A stretch of 64,000 bases of DNA from an uncultured Clostridium sp. (GTDB taxonomy: Bacteria; Bacillota; Clostridia; TANB77; CAG-508). The notes under the pieces are model-generated. The model was not told where the DNA came from. It saw only the letters and a program-made list of their open reading frames with translations, and made no database searches. Below, in pieces: positions 1 to 11,800 of the stretch. The DNA is taken from NCBI GenBank assembly GCA_946565805.1, contig CAMNWO010000003.1, positions 38,814 through 102,813 of the forward strand, given 5' to 3'. The position numbers and the translations under genes are program-made. Position 1 is the stretch's first letter; the number at the start of each line of letters is the position of its first letter.

Positions 1-540
1 GTAGAAAAATACGAAGTAGATAGGAAGGATATAGTAACAGCAGAAGAAGCAGTATCTAAATTATATGTAGAACCAGTTAAGACAGTAAAAACAGCCAAAA
101 TAACGAAAACAACAGGAAGTGTTAATACATCGTTAAAAACCTCAGGAGGAAAAGCCAATATTGGAATTAATTTGACTAGACCAATATCAGGGATTATTAC
201 ATCAAGATTTGGAGTAAGAAGTAGTATAAGAAGTTCTTCTCATACAGGATTAGATATTGCGGCCTCAACAGGAACCCCGATTGGAGCAGCTGCATCAGGT
301 ACGGTAACTTTTTCAGGACGAAAAGGTTCTTATGGAAATATGATAGTAATTACACATGCAAATGGTGTCCAAACTTATTATGGACATTGCCATAGTTTAT
401 ATGTATCAGCTGGAACACAAGTATCTCAAGGACAAACGATAGCATCTGTTGGATCAACAGGAAATTCAACAGGACCACATTTACACTTAGAAGTAAGAGT
501 AAATGGAGTAGCTTATAATCCACAAAATTATGTATATTAA
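1..540 (+). CDS. M23/LytM-family metallopeptidase, C-terminal part (5' end lies outside the window)
   Basis: Frame 1 is open from base 1 to TAA 538-540. Motifs HTGLDIAA, GTPIGAAASGTV, YGNMIVITHANGVQTYYGHC and GSTGNSTGPHLHLEV fit the M23 HxxxD/HxH zinc-peptidase signature. Confidence 0.85.
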   Translation, partial: VEKYEVDRKDIVTAEEAVSKLYVEPVKTVKTAKITKTTGSVNTSLKTSGGKANIGINLTRPISGIITSRFGVRSSIRSSSHTGLDIAASTGTPIGAAASGTVTFSGRKGSYGNMIVITHANGVQTYYGHCHSLYVSAGTQVSQGQTIASVGSTGNSTGPHLHLEVRVNGVAYNPQNYVY

Positions 541-544
541 AAGA

Positions 545-573
545 TTGCCAAGAGGGACGTTTCCTCTTGGCAA
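545..573. terminator. Hairpin TTGCCAAGAGG-GACGTT-TCCTCTTGGCAA between convergent genes; carries the GGGACGTTTCC repeat core
   Basis: Perfect 11-bp inverted repeat directly after the M23 stop and before the stop of the minus-strand gene. The same GGGACGTTTCC core recurs at 26772 and, inverted, at 47838. Confidence 0.5.
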
Positions 574-578
574 AAAAT

Positions 579-1199
579 TTAATTGGCAAAAAAATTTATT
601 CCAATATCAATAGCATTTTTCTTAATAACAACTTTTCCATGTTCTAATAATTTTGATTCAAAATGTTCTGAAAAGGAGACAAGTTTTCCAAATTCAGATA
701 AAGTTGAATAAAATAATCCACTATTTTCGTATTGTGTATTTATATTTTTTAAAATCAGATAATAATTATGTTTCCATTCATAAAGAGCAATATTTTTAGA
801 TAATTTAGCAACATCTACTTTATGTAAAGATTTAATAGTATTACAAAATTCACAAAAAGCTTCGAAATTTTGAAATTGACAAATTACATAATTAGATGCT
901 TTGCTAAAAGATTTTCTTTTAACAACTAGCTTTTTCTTTTTTGTTTCATTGTCAGATGAAAATTTTGTTATCGTAAAAACTAAAACATCTTCCAAAGAAG
1001 AAAAAGCTTCAATTAGTAATTTACAACCATCTGTATAAAAATTCACTTCCTTTTCAGCCTTCTTTAAAATAGTACCAAAAATATCTTGTGTTTCAATAGC
1101 TTTTGTCATAATGGTATGTACATTTAAGTCTTTAGTTTCTAATTCATCTGAATTTATAATAACACGAATTTTATTTTCTGTTAATTTTTCAATTTTCAT
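579..1199 (-). CDS. MecA-like adaptor protein (ClpC adaptor family), tentative
   Basis: 206-aa ORF. The N-terminus MKIEKLTENKIRVIINSDELETKDL resembles the typical MecA start, and the length fits. Assignment is by recollection only. Confidence 0.5.
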   Translation of the reverse strand: MKIEKLTENKIRVIINSDELETKDLNVHTIMTKAIETQDIFGTILKKAEKEVNFYTDGCKLLIEAFSSLEDVLVFTITKFSSDNETKKKKLVVKRKSFSKASNYVICQFQNFEAFCEFCNTIKSLHKVDVAKLSKNIALYEWKHNYYLILKNINTQYENSGLFYSTLSEFGKLVSFSEHFESKLLEHGKVVIKKNAIDIGINFFAN

Positions 1200-1396
1200 A
1201 AAGATAACTTCCTCCTTAATCTCTATTAATTATATTATACTACTTCTATTATTATATGGAAAGCCACAATTTTTGGTAATTAAAATGGAAAAAATATAAC
1301 AATTCACTTGAAAAAAATGTTAAATCAAGATATAATACCAAAAGTAGAATAAAAATGCAATATCCGTAAGAGAAAACGGAAAAATGGAGGTAGAAA

Positions 1397-1654
1397 ATGG
1401 CAACGAAAGAAAAGAATATATGGATCTTATTAATATTTATATTATCAGGACTAGTAGTGGGGGGACTATTAGGAGAATTAGCATCAAAAGTGAATTGGCT
1501 TTGGTGGTTATCTTATAGCCAAAGTTTTGGATTAGAAAATCCAATTATATTAGACTTAAGTGTTATGAAAATCACTTTTGCATTAATGTTTAAAATTAGT
1601 ATATCCAGTATCATTGGAATGGTACTAGCTATATTTATTTATAAAAAAGTATAA
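1397..1654 (+). CDS. Small membrane protein, DUF4321-like
   Basis: 85 aa with two hydrophobic helices and an RBS GGAGG 7 nt upstream. Its position upstream of radC-mreB is typical for DUF4321 genes in Clostridia. Confidence 0.5.
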   Translation: MATKEKNIWILLIFILSGLVVGGLLGELASKVNWLWWLSYSQSFGLENPIILDLSVMKITFALMFKISISSIIGMVLAIFIYKKV

Positions 1655-1688
1655 GGGGCAATTTAAAAACAAGAAAGGAACGATTTAA

Positions 1689-2394
1689 TTGCCAATCAAA
1701 ATAAAAGAATTACCAGAATTAGAGAGACCTTATGAAAAACTAGAATGGTATGGTGAAAAAGTATTATCTAATGCAGAGTTGTTAGCTATTATCATAAAAA
1801 CAGGAAGTAAACAAGAAACTTCTGTTCAACTAGCACAAAAAATATTAAACTTAGGAGATACAAAAACAGAGGGAATTAATTTTTTAAGAAATATAACAAT
1901 AGAAGAATTAATGAAAATAAAAGGGATTGGAAAAGTAAAAGCAATTCAGCTCAAAGCAGTAGGAGAATTAGCAAGCCGAATGACAACACCAAATCATGTA
2001 AAAAAAGTCAAAATAAATACACCTTATGATTTAGCTAAAATCATGATGGAAGAATTAAGATTTCAAAATAAAGAAGTAGCAAAAGTAATTTTGCTGAATA
2101 GTAAAAATGAAATTCTAAAAATAAAAAATATTGCAATGCGGAGGGACAAATTTTGCTAGCATTTCAATGAAAGATGTGTTAGAAGAACCGATTAAGATAG
2201 GTGCGCCAAAAATAATTCTAGTACATAATCATCCAACAGGAGATGCTACACCAAGTCAGCAAGATATCGTGTTTACAAACCATTTATACGAAGCAGCTAA
2301 TTTATTACAAATACAATTGTTAGACCATTTGGTAATTGGAAATAAAACATACACAAGTATTTTTTCTAAAATGGTTCAAGATACAAAAGACTAA
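1689..2394 (+). CDS. radC: RadC-family JAB-domain protein; frame interrupted at in-frame CGG 2139 (+1 shift needed)
   Basis: The N-terminus MPIKIKELPELERPYEKL...LSNAELLAIIIKTGS and the C-terminal HNHPTGDATPSQQD JAB motif lie on two ORF-track pieces (1689..2159, 2131..2394). Skipping C2139 joins them as ..IAM-G-GTNFASISMKDV... TTG start with an upstream RBS. Confidence 0.85.
2139..2142 (+). other. In-frame CGG-A, +1 recoding/frameshift site (radC)
   Basis: ATG CGG AGG GAC in frame 0 reaches a stop 6 codons later. ATG [C] GGA GGG ACA continues the RadC homology. Confidence 0.7.
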
Positions 2395-3460
<1,066 letters not shown>

Positions 3461-3463
3461 AAA

Positions 3464-4279
3464 ATGTATCGAAATAAAAAAGCGGGAATGATAGGAATTA
3501 TCATAACGATTGTTATTTTAATATTGATTGTTATCTTTTCAAATGGAGAATCTGACAATTCTTTTTTTGAAAATGTAGCAAGTAATTTAGTTATGCCAAT
3601 TCAAAATGGATTAACCTATTTGAAAAATAAAATAGGTGGGAACCATACATTTTTTACAGACATTAATAATTTAAAAGAAGAAAATGAAAAATTAAAAGAG
3701 AAAAATAGTGAATTAGAGCAATCATTAAGAGAGCTAGAAAATATCAAAACACAAAATGAAACCCTGAAAGAATATGTCAATTTAACAGAAAAGTATGGAG
3801 AATATAAAACAATACCTGGTTATGTTATTAATAAAGATATTAGTAATTATTCTAAAACAATCGTCATTAATTTAGGAAAAAAAGATGGTGTTGAAAAAAA
3901 TATGACAGTTATTGGGAACGAAGGTCTAGTGGGACATGTTGTTTCCGTAACAAATACAACAGCCAAAGTGCAGACTATAATTGATACAGCAAGTTCTATT
4001 AGTTGTTCCATGAGTACAACGAAAGATAGTATTGTGTGTAAAGGAACGTTAGATGATAAATCAACATTAAAAGCTATGTATATTCCAACCGAAGCCAATA
4101 TTATTCAAGGAGATGGAATTGAAACATCAGGATTAGGGGGAATTTATCCAAAAGGAATTCATATTGGAACAGTTAAAAAAGTTACCAATACACAAAATAT
4201 GACAGATCGTTATGCTTTAATACAAACAGCGGTAGATTTTGATAAATTAGGTACGGTATTAGTTATCAAAAATCAATAA
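3464..4279 (+). CDS. mreC: Rod-shape-determining protein MreC
   Basis: N-terminal TM helix, a coiled-coil (LKEENEKLKEKNSELEQSLRELE), a C-terminal beta-rich domain with GLGGIYPKGIHIGTV, and a position right after mreB. Confidence 0.9.
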   Translation: MYRNKKAGMIGIIITIVILILIVIFSNGESDNSFFENVASNLVMPIQNGLTYLKNKIGGNHTFFTDINNLKEENEKLKEKNSELEQSLRELENIKTQNETLKEYVNLTEKYGEYKTIPGYVINKDISNYSKTIVINLGKKDGVEKNMTVIGNEGLVGHVVSVTNTTAKVQTIIDTASSISCSMSTTKDSIVCKGTLDDKSTLKAMYIPTEANIIQGDGIETSGLGGIYPKGIHIGTVKKVTNTQNMTDRYALIQTAVDFDKLGTVLVIKNQ

Positions 4280-4297
4280 AATGAGGGAGGGAATCAA

Positions 4298-4831
4298 TTG
4301 AAAAAGACAGTAATCAATATTATTTTAATTGTAACAGCTATTTTAATTTATTTTTTGCAAGCGAACTTTTTCAGTTGGTTTAATATTGCTGGCATTATGC
4401 CTAATTTATTTGTTATATTAGTCTTATTTATTGGATTATTTGGTACTAAAACAATGGGAGCTATTTATGGATTAATTATGGGGCTATTATTAGATTTTAT
4501 AATAGGAACCAAAGTGGGAGTTAATTGTATTGGACTTGGGCTAATTGGGTTTTTATCAGCTGTGTTTGATAAGAACTTTTCGAAAGATAGTAGAATGACA
4601 ATTATGGTAATGGGAATAGTAGCAACTGCTATTTTTGAGGTTTTAGTCTATGTATTAAATTATTTTATTTTAGCAACTAATGTGGAGTTATTTCATTTTA
4701 TTAGAATTTTGATAATAGAAATTATTTATAATTTAATTTTGACAATTATTTTGTACCCAATCATACAGAAATTTGGCTATTATATTGAGAATGAATATAA
4801 GGGGAATAAGATTTTAACGAGGTATTTTTAA
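4298..4831 (+). CDS. mreD: Rod-shape-determining protein MreD
   Basis: 177-aa polytopic membrane protein directly after mreC. TTG start 6 nt after GAGGGAGGG. Confidence 0.8.
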   Translation: MKKTVINIILIVTAILIYFLQANFFSWFNIAGIMPNLFVILVLFIGLFGTKTMGAIYGLIMGLLLDFIIGTKVGVNCIGLGLIGFLSAVFDKNFSKDSRMTIMVMGIVATAIFEVLVYVLNYFILATNVELFHFIRILIIEIIYNLILTIILYPIIQKFGYYIENEYKGNKILTRYF

Positions 4832-4877
4832 AAACTTATAATTCTTAGTGAAAATAAAATTTATTAGTATTTTTTCT

Positions 4878-4955
4878 AAAGTGTCTCCCAACAGCGAACA
4901 AACTGTAACAAAAGTAACAGTTTGTAATCTTGTTGGTCCCCCCGAATGACACTTT
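4878..4955. repeat. Long imperfect palindrome (AAAGTGTC...GACACTTT) with a GGGGGGAC core on the bottom strand; REP-like
   Basis: Outer 8-bp perfect arms plus inner arms (CAAACTGTAAC / GTAACAGTTTG, one mismatch) in the mreD-PBP2 spacer. It shares the GAGACAC and GGGGAC elements with the main repeat family. Confidence 0.6.
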
Positions 4956-5029
4956 ATAAAAAATATAATTAAATTTGAGTAAAAATAGTGAATTAAGTAA
5001 AAGAAGGTGAGAGTTTGGTAAGGAGAAAG

Positions 5030-7129
5030 ATGAGTAAAAAAGCCAATATTAATTTAAGATTTAACATTTTAACAGTTATAACTTACATAGTTGGAATTAT
5101 TTTAATTGCCAAATTATTTAGCCTTCAAATTGTACATGGAGCAGAATATAGAGAGCAATCCAATACACGATTAACAAGAGAAAGTACATTAGAAGCATCC
5201 AGAGGAGCAATTTTAGATAAAACGGGAACACCGCTAGTTACTTCTAAAATGGAATTTTCTTTAGAAATGTATAAAAGTAAAGTTGATACAGATACTCTAA
5301 ATCAATCGATACTAAATATGATACAAGTGTTAGAAAAATATGAATGTTCTTATGCTGATATATTTCCAATAAAAATAGAGCCATTTGAATTTACAATAGC
5401 AGATGAAACTTTAGCAAAATGGAAGAAAAGTAATAATATAGAGGAAGAAATGACAGTCGAACAGGTTTTTTACAAATTTAGAGATAGATACAAAATAAAA
5501 AATACAAATTTACAAGAAATTCGAAAAATAATAGGAATTCGCTATTTAATTGCACAGAAAGGGTATAGTAGCATAAGAGCAGTAACTATTTCAGAAACAA
5601 TACCAAGAGAAGCAGTAGCAGAATTTAGTGAAAGCTCTGAGAAGTTTGCTGGTATCAATATTGTAGTACAACCAGTAAGAGAATACACTTCTGGGAATTT
5701 AGCTTCTCATATATTGGGATATGCAGGAAAAATTAGTAGTGAAGAATATGAAAGTAGAAAAAACTATTATAGTCAAAATGATATCATTGGAAAAACAGGA
5801 ATTGAAAGTGTATTTGAAGAGTACCTAAAAGGAAAAAACGGAACAAAACAAATTGATATGGCAGTAGATGGAACAACAACAGCAGAATATATTGCAGAAG
5901 AAGCTATAGCAGGTTCTGATGTTGTACTTACCATTGATGCGAACCTTCAAAGGATAACAGAAAATGCATTAGCATCTAACATACAGAAGATAGCAACAGG
6001 AGGTTTTGGAAAAGCTTATGACGCAAAAGCAGGAGCAGCAGTTGTTATGAATGTGAATTCTGGAGAAGTATTAGCTATGGCAAGTTATCCAGATTATACT
6101 CCAGCTGATTTTGTGGGAGGAATTAGCAATGAAAATTGGGCGAAATATCGAGACAATGAAGCAAAACCACTCGTTAATAAAGGAATGCAGAATTCCTACT
6201 CACCAGGTTCTACCTTTAAAATGGTAACAGCTATTGCAGGATTAGAATCAGGAGTGATTAATTTAAAAACCACAATTAATGATACAGGAGTCTATACGAG
6301 ATATCGAGATTATCAACCAAGATGTTGGATTTATACAGATTATCATAGAGGACATGGATATTTAAATGTTTCAGGAGCGATAGAAAAATCATGTAACTAC
6401 TTTTTCTATGAAACTTCGGATAGAATGGGAATAGACAATTTAGTAAGAGTAGCAAAATATTTTGGTTTAGGTTCTAAAACAGGAATTGAATTGCAAAGTG
6501 AAACGGCAGGAGCTCTAGCGAGTAAAGAAACATGGGCACGATTACATCCAAATGAGCCTTGGGGTCCAGGAAATACATTACAAGCTGCAATTGGACAAAG
6601 TGATAATGAGTTTAGTCCTTTACAGATGGCAAAATATATCAGTATGTTAGCAAATGGTGGTAAAAAAATAGATACTAGTATTGTAAAAACCATAAGAAAT
6701 GCAGACGGTTCTGAAACATCGAGAGAAGAAATTAATAAATTTGTAAATAAAAAATTAGGTTTAGAGGAAGACAATACAGAAAACTTAGAAATGAACCAAG
6801 CAAATCTAAAAGCTGTACTAGAAGGAATGAAATCCGTTACCAGTGATAGTGGAGGAACAGCTTATGTAAGATTTAAAGACTTCAATATTAGCGTTGGTGG
6901 TAAGACTGGTTCAGCAGAAGCACCTAATAACAAAGTACATGCATGGTTTGTAGGATTTGCACCATTTGAAAACCCAGAAATTGCAATTGTGGTAATGGTA
7001 GAAAATGGTGGACATGGAAACTATACAGCTGAAGTAGTAAGAGATATCATGGCAGAATATTTTGGTATGAATACACAAAACGTAGAAGAAGATATGAGTG
7101 CCACACCTTATGTAGAAATCATGCGCTAG
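5030..7129 (+). CDS. mrdA: Penicillin-binding protein 2 (elongation-specific class B transpeptidase)
   Basis: N-terminal TM anchor, PBP dimerisation region, SPGSTFK (SxxK), a KTGSAE-type KTG motif, and mreBCD-PBP2 synteny. ATG 5030 follows AAGGAG; the ORF track starts 15 nt earlier at TTG. Confidence 0.9.
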   Translation: MSKKANINLRFNILTVITYIVGIILIAKLFSLQIVHGAEYREQSNTRLTRESTLEASRGAILDKTGTPLVTSKMEFSLEMYKSKVDTDTLNQSILNMIQVLEKYECSYADIFPIKIEPFEFTIADETLAKWKKSNNIEEEMTVEQVFYKFRDRYKIKNTNLQEIRKIIGIRYLIAQKGYSSIRAVTISETIPREAVAEFSESSEKFAGINIVVQPVREYTSGNLASHILGYAGKISSEEYESRKNYYSQNDIIGKTGIESVFEEYLKGKNGTKQIDMAVDGTTTAEYIAEEAIAGSDVVLTIDANLQRITENALASNIQKIATGGFGKAYDAKAGAAVVMNVNSGEVLAMASYPDYTPADFVGGISNENWAKYRDNEAKPLVNKGMQNSYSPGSTFKMVTAIAGLESGVINLKTTINDTGVYTRYRDYQPRCWIYTDYHRGHGYLNVSGAIEKSCNYFFYETSDRMGIDNLVRVAKYFGLGSKTGIELQSETAGALASKETWARLHPNEPWGPGNTLQAAIGQSDNEFSPLQMAKYISMLANGGKKIDTSIVKTIRNADGSETSREEINKFVNKKLGLEEDNTENLEMNQANLKAVLEGMKSVTSDSGGTAYVRFKDFNISVGGKTGSAEAPNNKVHAWFVGFAPFENPEIAIVVMVENGGHGNYTAEVVRDIMAEYFGMNTQNVEEDMSATPYVEIMR

Positions 7130-7146
7130 AAAGAGAGGATGTAAAA

Positions 7147-7758
7147 ATGAGAAATTGTGTTAGCATTAATTTAAAGAAAAATGAAATTATTATCAAATTA
7201 AGCGATGAGGCAGAACAAATTCAAATTGTTGAAGCTTTAAAGAAGAAGTTACCAGAACTAAAAAAATTGTATAAAGATGAAAAAACACCAATTATGGTGA
7301 CAGGTAAAATATTAAAAAATAAAGAAATTGATGAGATACAAGAACTTATTAAAAGTAAGATTGATGTAGAAATTGAATTTGATATGCCAAAAAGCTTAGG
7401 ACTTCATAGTATTAAAAAGACATTTGAAAAGGAAATTGCGGTATCAGAAACAAAATTCCATCGAGGCTCTTTACGTTCTGGACAAAAAATAGAAACAGAA
7501 GGAAGTCTAGTTATTATTGGAGATGTTAATTCTGGGGCAGAAGTAATGGCATCTGACAATATTATAGTATTAGGAGCTTTGCGAGGGCTTGCTCATGCAG
7601 GAGCAAAAGGAAATAAACAAGCTATTATAGCAGCAGGTTTAGTTGATACTGTGCAAATTAGAATTGCTAATATTGTAAAAGAAATTGACCGTGATGAAGA
7701 GCCATTACACAAACAAGCTTATGTTAGTATCGACAATAATAAAATTATAATAGAATAA
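7147..7758 (+). CDS. minC: Septum site-determining protein MinC
   Basis: The C-terminal beta-helix segment GDVNSGAEVMASDNIIVLGALRGLAHAGAKGNKQAIIAA is typical of MinC. No minD/minE follows. Confidence 0.85.
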   Translation: MRNCVSINLKKNEIIIKLSDEAEQIQIVEALKKKLPELKKLYKDEKTPIMVTGKILKNKEIDEIQELIKSKIDVEIEFDMPKSLGLHSIKKTFEKEIAVSETKFHRGSLRSGQKIETEGSLVIIGDVNSGAEVMASDNIIVLGALRGLAHAGAKGNKQAIIAAGLVDTVQIRIANIVKEIDRDEEPLHKQAYVSIDNNKIIIE

Positions 7759-7763
7759 AAACA

Positions 7764-8099
7764 TTAGCTAAGTAATAGTAAAATTAAAGCGATAAAAAGC
7801 GTTTCATCTTGTACCCCTTCTTGGTACAAGAAAAACAACAAACCAAGAATAATAATATCATCTAGATACAATTGGATTCCTAGTATTTCAAAGATCGGTT
7901 CTTCTACATCAGAGAAGAAGGGATTTTTGAAATTAATAGGACCAAAGGAATACAATCTAGATGATGTTTCTTTTTTTTCTTCTCTTTTTTGAGAAGGCTT
8001 ATCCTCTTCCAATTGCTTTTCTTCCGGAGAAGGAAAGCTGTGTATATGTGGAGAATAAGGTCGATAATATCGATAATAATTATTATAAAAACTAGCCAT
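7764..8099 (-). CDS. Hypothetical protein with a Tyr/Arg-rich N-terminus and a C-terminal hydrophobic helix
   Basis: ORF with ATG 8099 preceded by AAGGAGAA. It overlaps the upstream gene's stop by 8 nt. No family recognised. Confidence 0.45.
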   Translation of the reverse strand: MASFYNNYYRYYRPYSPHIHSFPSPEEKQLEEDKPSQKREEKKETSSRLYSFGPINFKNPFFSDVEEPIFEILGIQLYLDDIIILGLLFFLYQEGVQDETLFIALILLLLS

Positions 8100-8517
8100 T
8101 GTGAGGGTTCTCCTTATTATTATCTTTGAAAATGTCAGCAATTTTAGCAACATTTAGTAAATTAGCATATTGGTCAACTTTTCCTCTTTTTTCTTCACGT
8201 AGATAAGGCTTTAGGGAGTATAATAAATTAGATCTAGGGTCATTGGAAGTATTCAATTTATCCATTACAGATTTCATTTTTAAAATAGTATTCATGTCAA
8301 TTTGGCTGAAATCAAAACTGCCATTATTGGAAGAAGCATTAGGCGTACTACTGTTAGAAGAATTGTTAGAACCATTTTGTGACATCATAGAAGAAAAGTT
8401 TTGTATCATTTCCGGTGGAATTTGGGATATTACATCATTTAATTCTCCCTTGTTCATCATATCCTTTAATTTATTTACTGTATTTTCGTCAAAATTCATA
8501 TTATTCAAATCAATCAC
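8092..8517 (-). CDS. Hypothetical protein (Asn/Ser-rich central low-complexity region)
   Basis: 141-aa ORF, translationally coupled to 7764..8099. No family recognised. Confidence 0.45.
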   Translation of the reverse strand: MIDLNNMNFDENTVNKLKDMMNKGELNDVISQIPPEMIQNFSSMMSQNGSNNSSNSSTPNASSNNGSFDFSQIDMNTILKMKSVMDKLNTSNDPRSNLLYSLKPYLREEKRGKVDQYANLLNVAKIADIFKDNNKENPHNG

Positions 8518-8783
8518 CTCTGTTGCTATTATATGAAAATAAAATTAAAAACTTTACTTATTCTGGCTTAAAAGTTTATGATATTTTTTTATCAAAAATA
8601 AAAATTAACATAAAAAGCACTTTTTGTCTCAAAAACATTGAAAAACTAACAAAAATGATGTATAATAAAAAGTGATTATGTATGAAATATTACAAGATGT
8701 AACAAAAAAATAATATAAAAGAAAGAACCATAATTTCCGTAAGAAAAAAACATACATAAAAAACAAAAGAAGAAGAATAAACA

Positions 8784-8811
8784 TTGATTTATTTTAAGAA
8801 CAGTATATAAT
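8784..8811 (+). promoter_or_regulatory. Possible sigma-A-type promoter of the A1-B1 surface-protein operon
   Basis: TTGATT, 16 nt, TATAAT, about 50 nt upstream of the ATG at 8862. AT-rich context, so a chance match is possible. Confidence 0.35.
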
Positions 8812-8861
8812 ATATTAGAATAATTAGGTAAATAAAAAATACCTGATATAAGGAGGATACT

Positions 8862-11800
8862 ATGAAAAATAAGGTTTTCAAAATTAGTGTTATTTTGGTC
8901 ATGATTTTAACAATGACTATGACAAATTTTATTTTTGTGGGAGCAAATCTAATTAGTTATGCGATTGATGATAGTAGTACAAATCATAGCAACATAGAAT
9001 TTAATAGCTACTTCAAAAATGAGAAGGGAGAAAAAGTAGCAAATCAAGACATCGTAACGAGCAGATTAGAAAGTAGTTTGTTCATAGAAATTGCTGTCAA
9101 AAAAGAAGGATACTTAAATGGAAGTGTGCATTTAGAAAATACAAACTTTAAGCTAAAAAGCTCTGATAGTCAATATGTTAATAAAATCGAAAACAATATT
9201 ATTACATTAAACCAAATCAATGCAGGAACAACTGCTGAGATAGAAGTAAAAATAGAGTTTGAAAAAAATCCGGAATTTAAAATGGATTTATTAAACATGG
9301 AAAGTACCATTCAATTGCAAGGAATTTACAAAGACAGTTCACAAAAGGAAAAAGAAATTAGCAGTAGTAAAAAAGTAACATTAAAATTAATCAGTGACGT
9401 AAAGACTGAGAACCTTGAAAATGATTTACAAATTATCACTAATAAAATGCTAAAAATAAATGGACAAGAGAAAAGAGTTTTACAAGTATCCTTAAAAGCA
9501 GGAATAAAAGAAAACAATTATCCAATGAAAAATATGGACATCGAAATAACAGTTCCTAAAATAGGAGAAGTTAATCCAACGGTTGAAGAAAACATAAAAA
9601 TGAATAATATGACTAATAAAAGCTTCGAATATAATGGAAATATTGCTAAAATCAATATGACAAATGAAAAGGGACAATGGAAAGCTAATGGGGAAGAAGA
9701 AGTTATTTTAACTTACATTTATGAAGCAGGAACATCTTTAGACCAAGAAAAAATTGTAGCAAATCAAAAAATAGAACTATGTGATGGAACGAATGTAGAA
9801 ACAACAGCAGAAGCTATTATAAAAGATGATGAAGAATGCGATGCTACTATTTCAGCAGAAATAATAAATACAGAAAATAGCATCTACAAAGGCAAATTAC
9901 AAGCCGGGGTAGATAGACAATATAAAAATACAACTAACATAAATGTAAATTTATTAGGAGTTGTAGAAGAAACAGAAGTACAAGAACAACCAAGTAATTA
10001 TACAGATATTTACTATACACAAACTAAAATTAACAAAGAACAATTAATGAATGTTATAGGAGAAAAAGGAAATTTAAACATAGTTGATCAAGATGGAAAC
10101 CATGTATGTATGATTAATAATACTACAGAAACGGATCAAGAAGGAAATGTTATCATTACTTATGCCGAAAATACAGTAAAAGGAATTACAACTAAAGTAA
10201 CCAACATTGAAAGAATAGGAACTATTTCTTTAGAACATACAAAAGTCATTAAAACAACAGATAAAGAAATGGCAAAAACAGCAACAGCTATTGAAACTAA
10301 TGTAGTAGTAGGAGAAACAAGCAAACAACAAACAATACAATTATTAGATACCAAAACAGAAGCCAAATTAATGATGAACAAAAGTAGTTTATCTACACTA
10401 ACAGCAAATAATGTGGAAATTAATGCTCTTTTAAAATCATCTAAAGAAGAAAATGATTTGTATAAAAATCCAAAAATGCAAATTATCCTACCAGAAGAAG
10501 TTGAAGATATTCAAATCAATAGTATTCATAAATTATATGCTGATGAACTACAAACTAAAAAAGCAACTTTAGTAGATGGAAAAATAATTGAAATTGAGCT
10601 TGTAGGAGAACAAACCAATTACTTAAATGAAATAAGTGAAGGAATTCAAATTGTTATCAATGCTAATATTACCTTTGATATGACAATGCCTTCTAAAAAA
10701 GCAAATATAACAATGAAATATACCAATGAAAATGGAAAAGAAGGAGAACAAGAAACAGCAGTTGAATTTGATATTGTTTCTAAATATGGTGTATTGGTAC
10801 ATAGTAAGGCAGAAAATTATAATGAAGAAAATACAGTTTTAGAATCTATTTCAGATGAAAATATGAAAGGTGAATTAGATACTGCTAAAGGAGAAAAAGT
10901 TGTTAATATTGAAAGAAATATCTTAAACAACTACGAAGAACCAATTACAAATATTGAATTAGTAGGAAATTTACCAGAACAACAAACGGAAGAAGTAAAT
11001 GGTGAAACTTTAAAAAGTACATTCTTAGCAGACCTAGAAAAAGTAGTAACTAGTATAGAAAATGCTAAAATTTATTACTCAGAAGATAGCAAAGAATGGA
11101 AAGAAAATATAGAAGAAATAGAAAAAGTAAGAGCTTATAAGATAGAATTACAAGATAATACAGTTGAGCCAGGAGAAGTAGCAAGCATCAATTATCAATT
11201 AAAAATACCAGAAAATTTAACAGCAAATCAAAGTACTTACGAAAAACTAAACTTATCTTATCAATATAAAGACCAAACGATTAGTGAAGATTATGCAACT
11301 TATTTATCAACCAATAGTATGAAAGTAACACAAACAGAAGGAGAAGCAAAAGAAGAAGTAGTAAATGGATTAGGAAAAATAACAATAAGTGCTACTTCAG
11401 CAGGAAAAGAAGTAAAAGATGGACAAGAAATTTTTGAAGGGCAAACCATAAAACAAACTGTAAAAGTTACTAATAACACGGGAAAAGATATTACTAATAT
11501 GAAAATGACAGCAAAACAAGAAAATGCAATTTTCTACGTAAGAAGAGTAACGAAAGAATTTGACACAAGTACAGCAGGAGAAATGGATGTTACAAGAATT
11601 GTGGAAGACGAGAATGTAAAAGAACAAGAGGTAACAGCGGAAACTGTAAAAAATGGAGAAACCGTTACTTATACTTATCAATATTCTGTTCATGGAAAAG
11701 TAGGAGACAAAACGCAAGGAACTGTTACGATAGAAGCAGATGGAATAGAAGCACAAACGTTACAAACAGTAAGCAATCCAATTAAAGAAGCTAAACTAAA

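Noticed and set aside
7759-8860. Missing minD/minE after minC as evidence of deletion or rearrangement
   Set aside because: The genes may simply be located elsewhere in the genome. Nothing in the sequence (no remnants, no repeats) supports a recent deletion.
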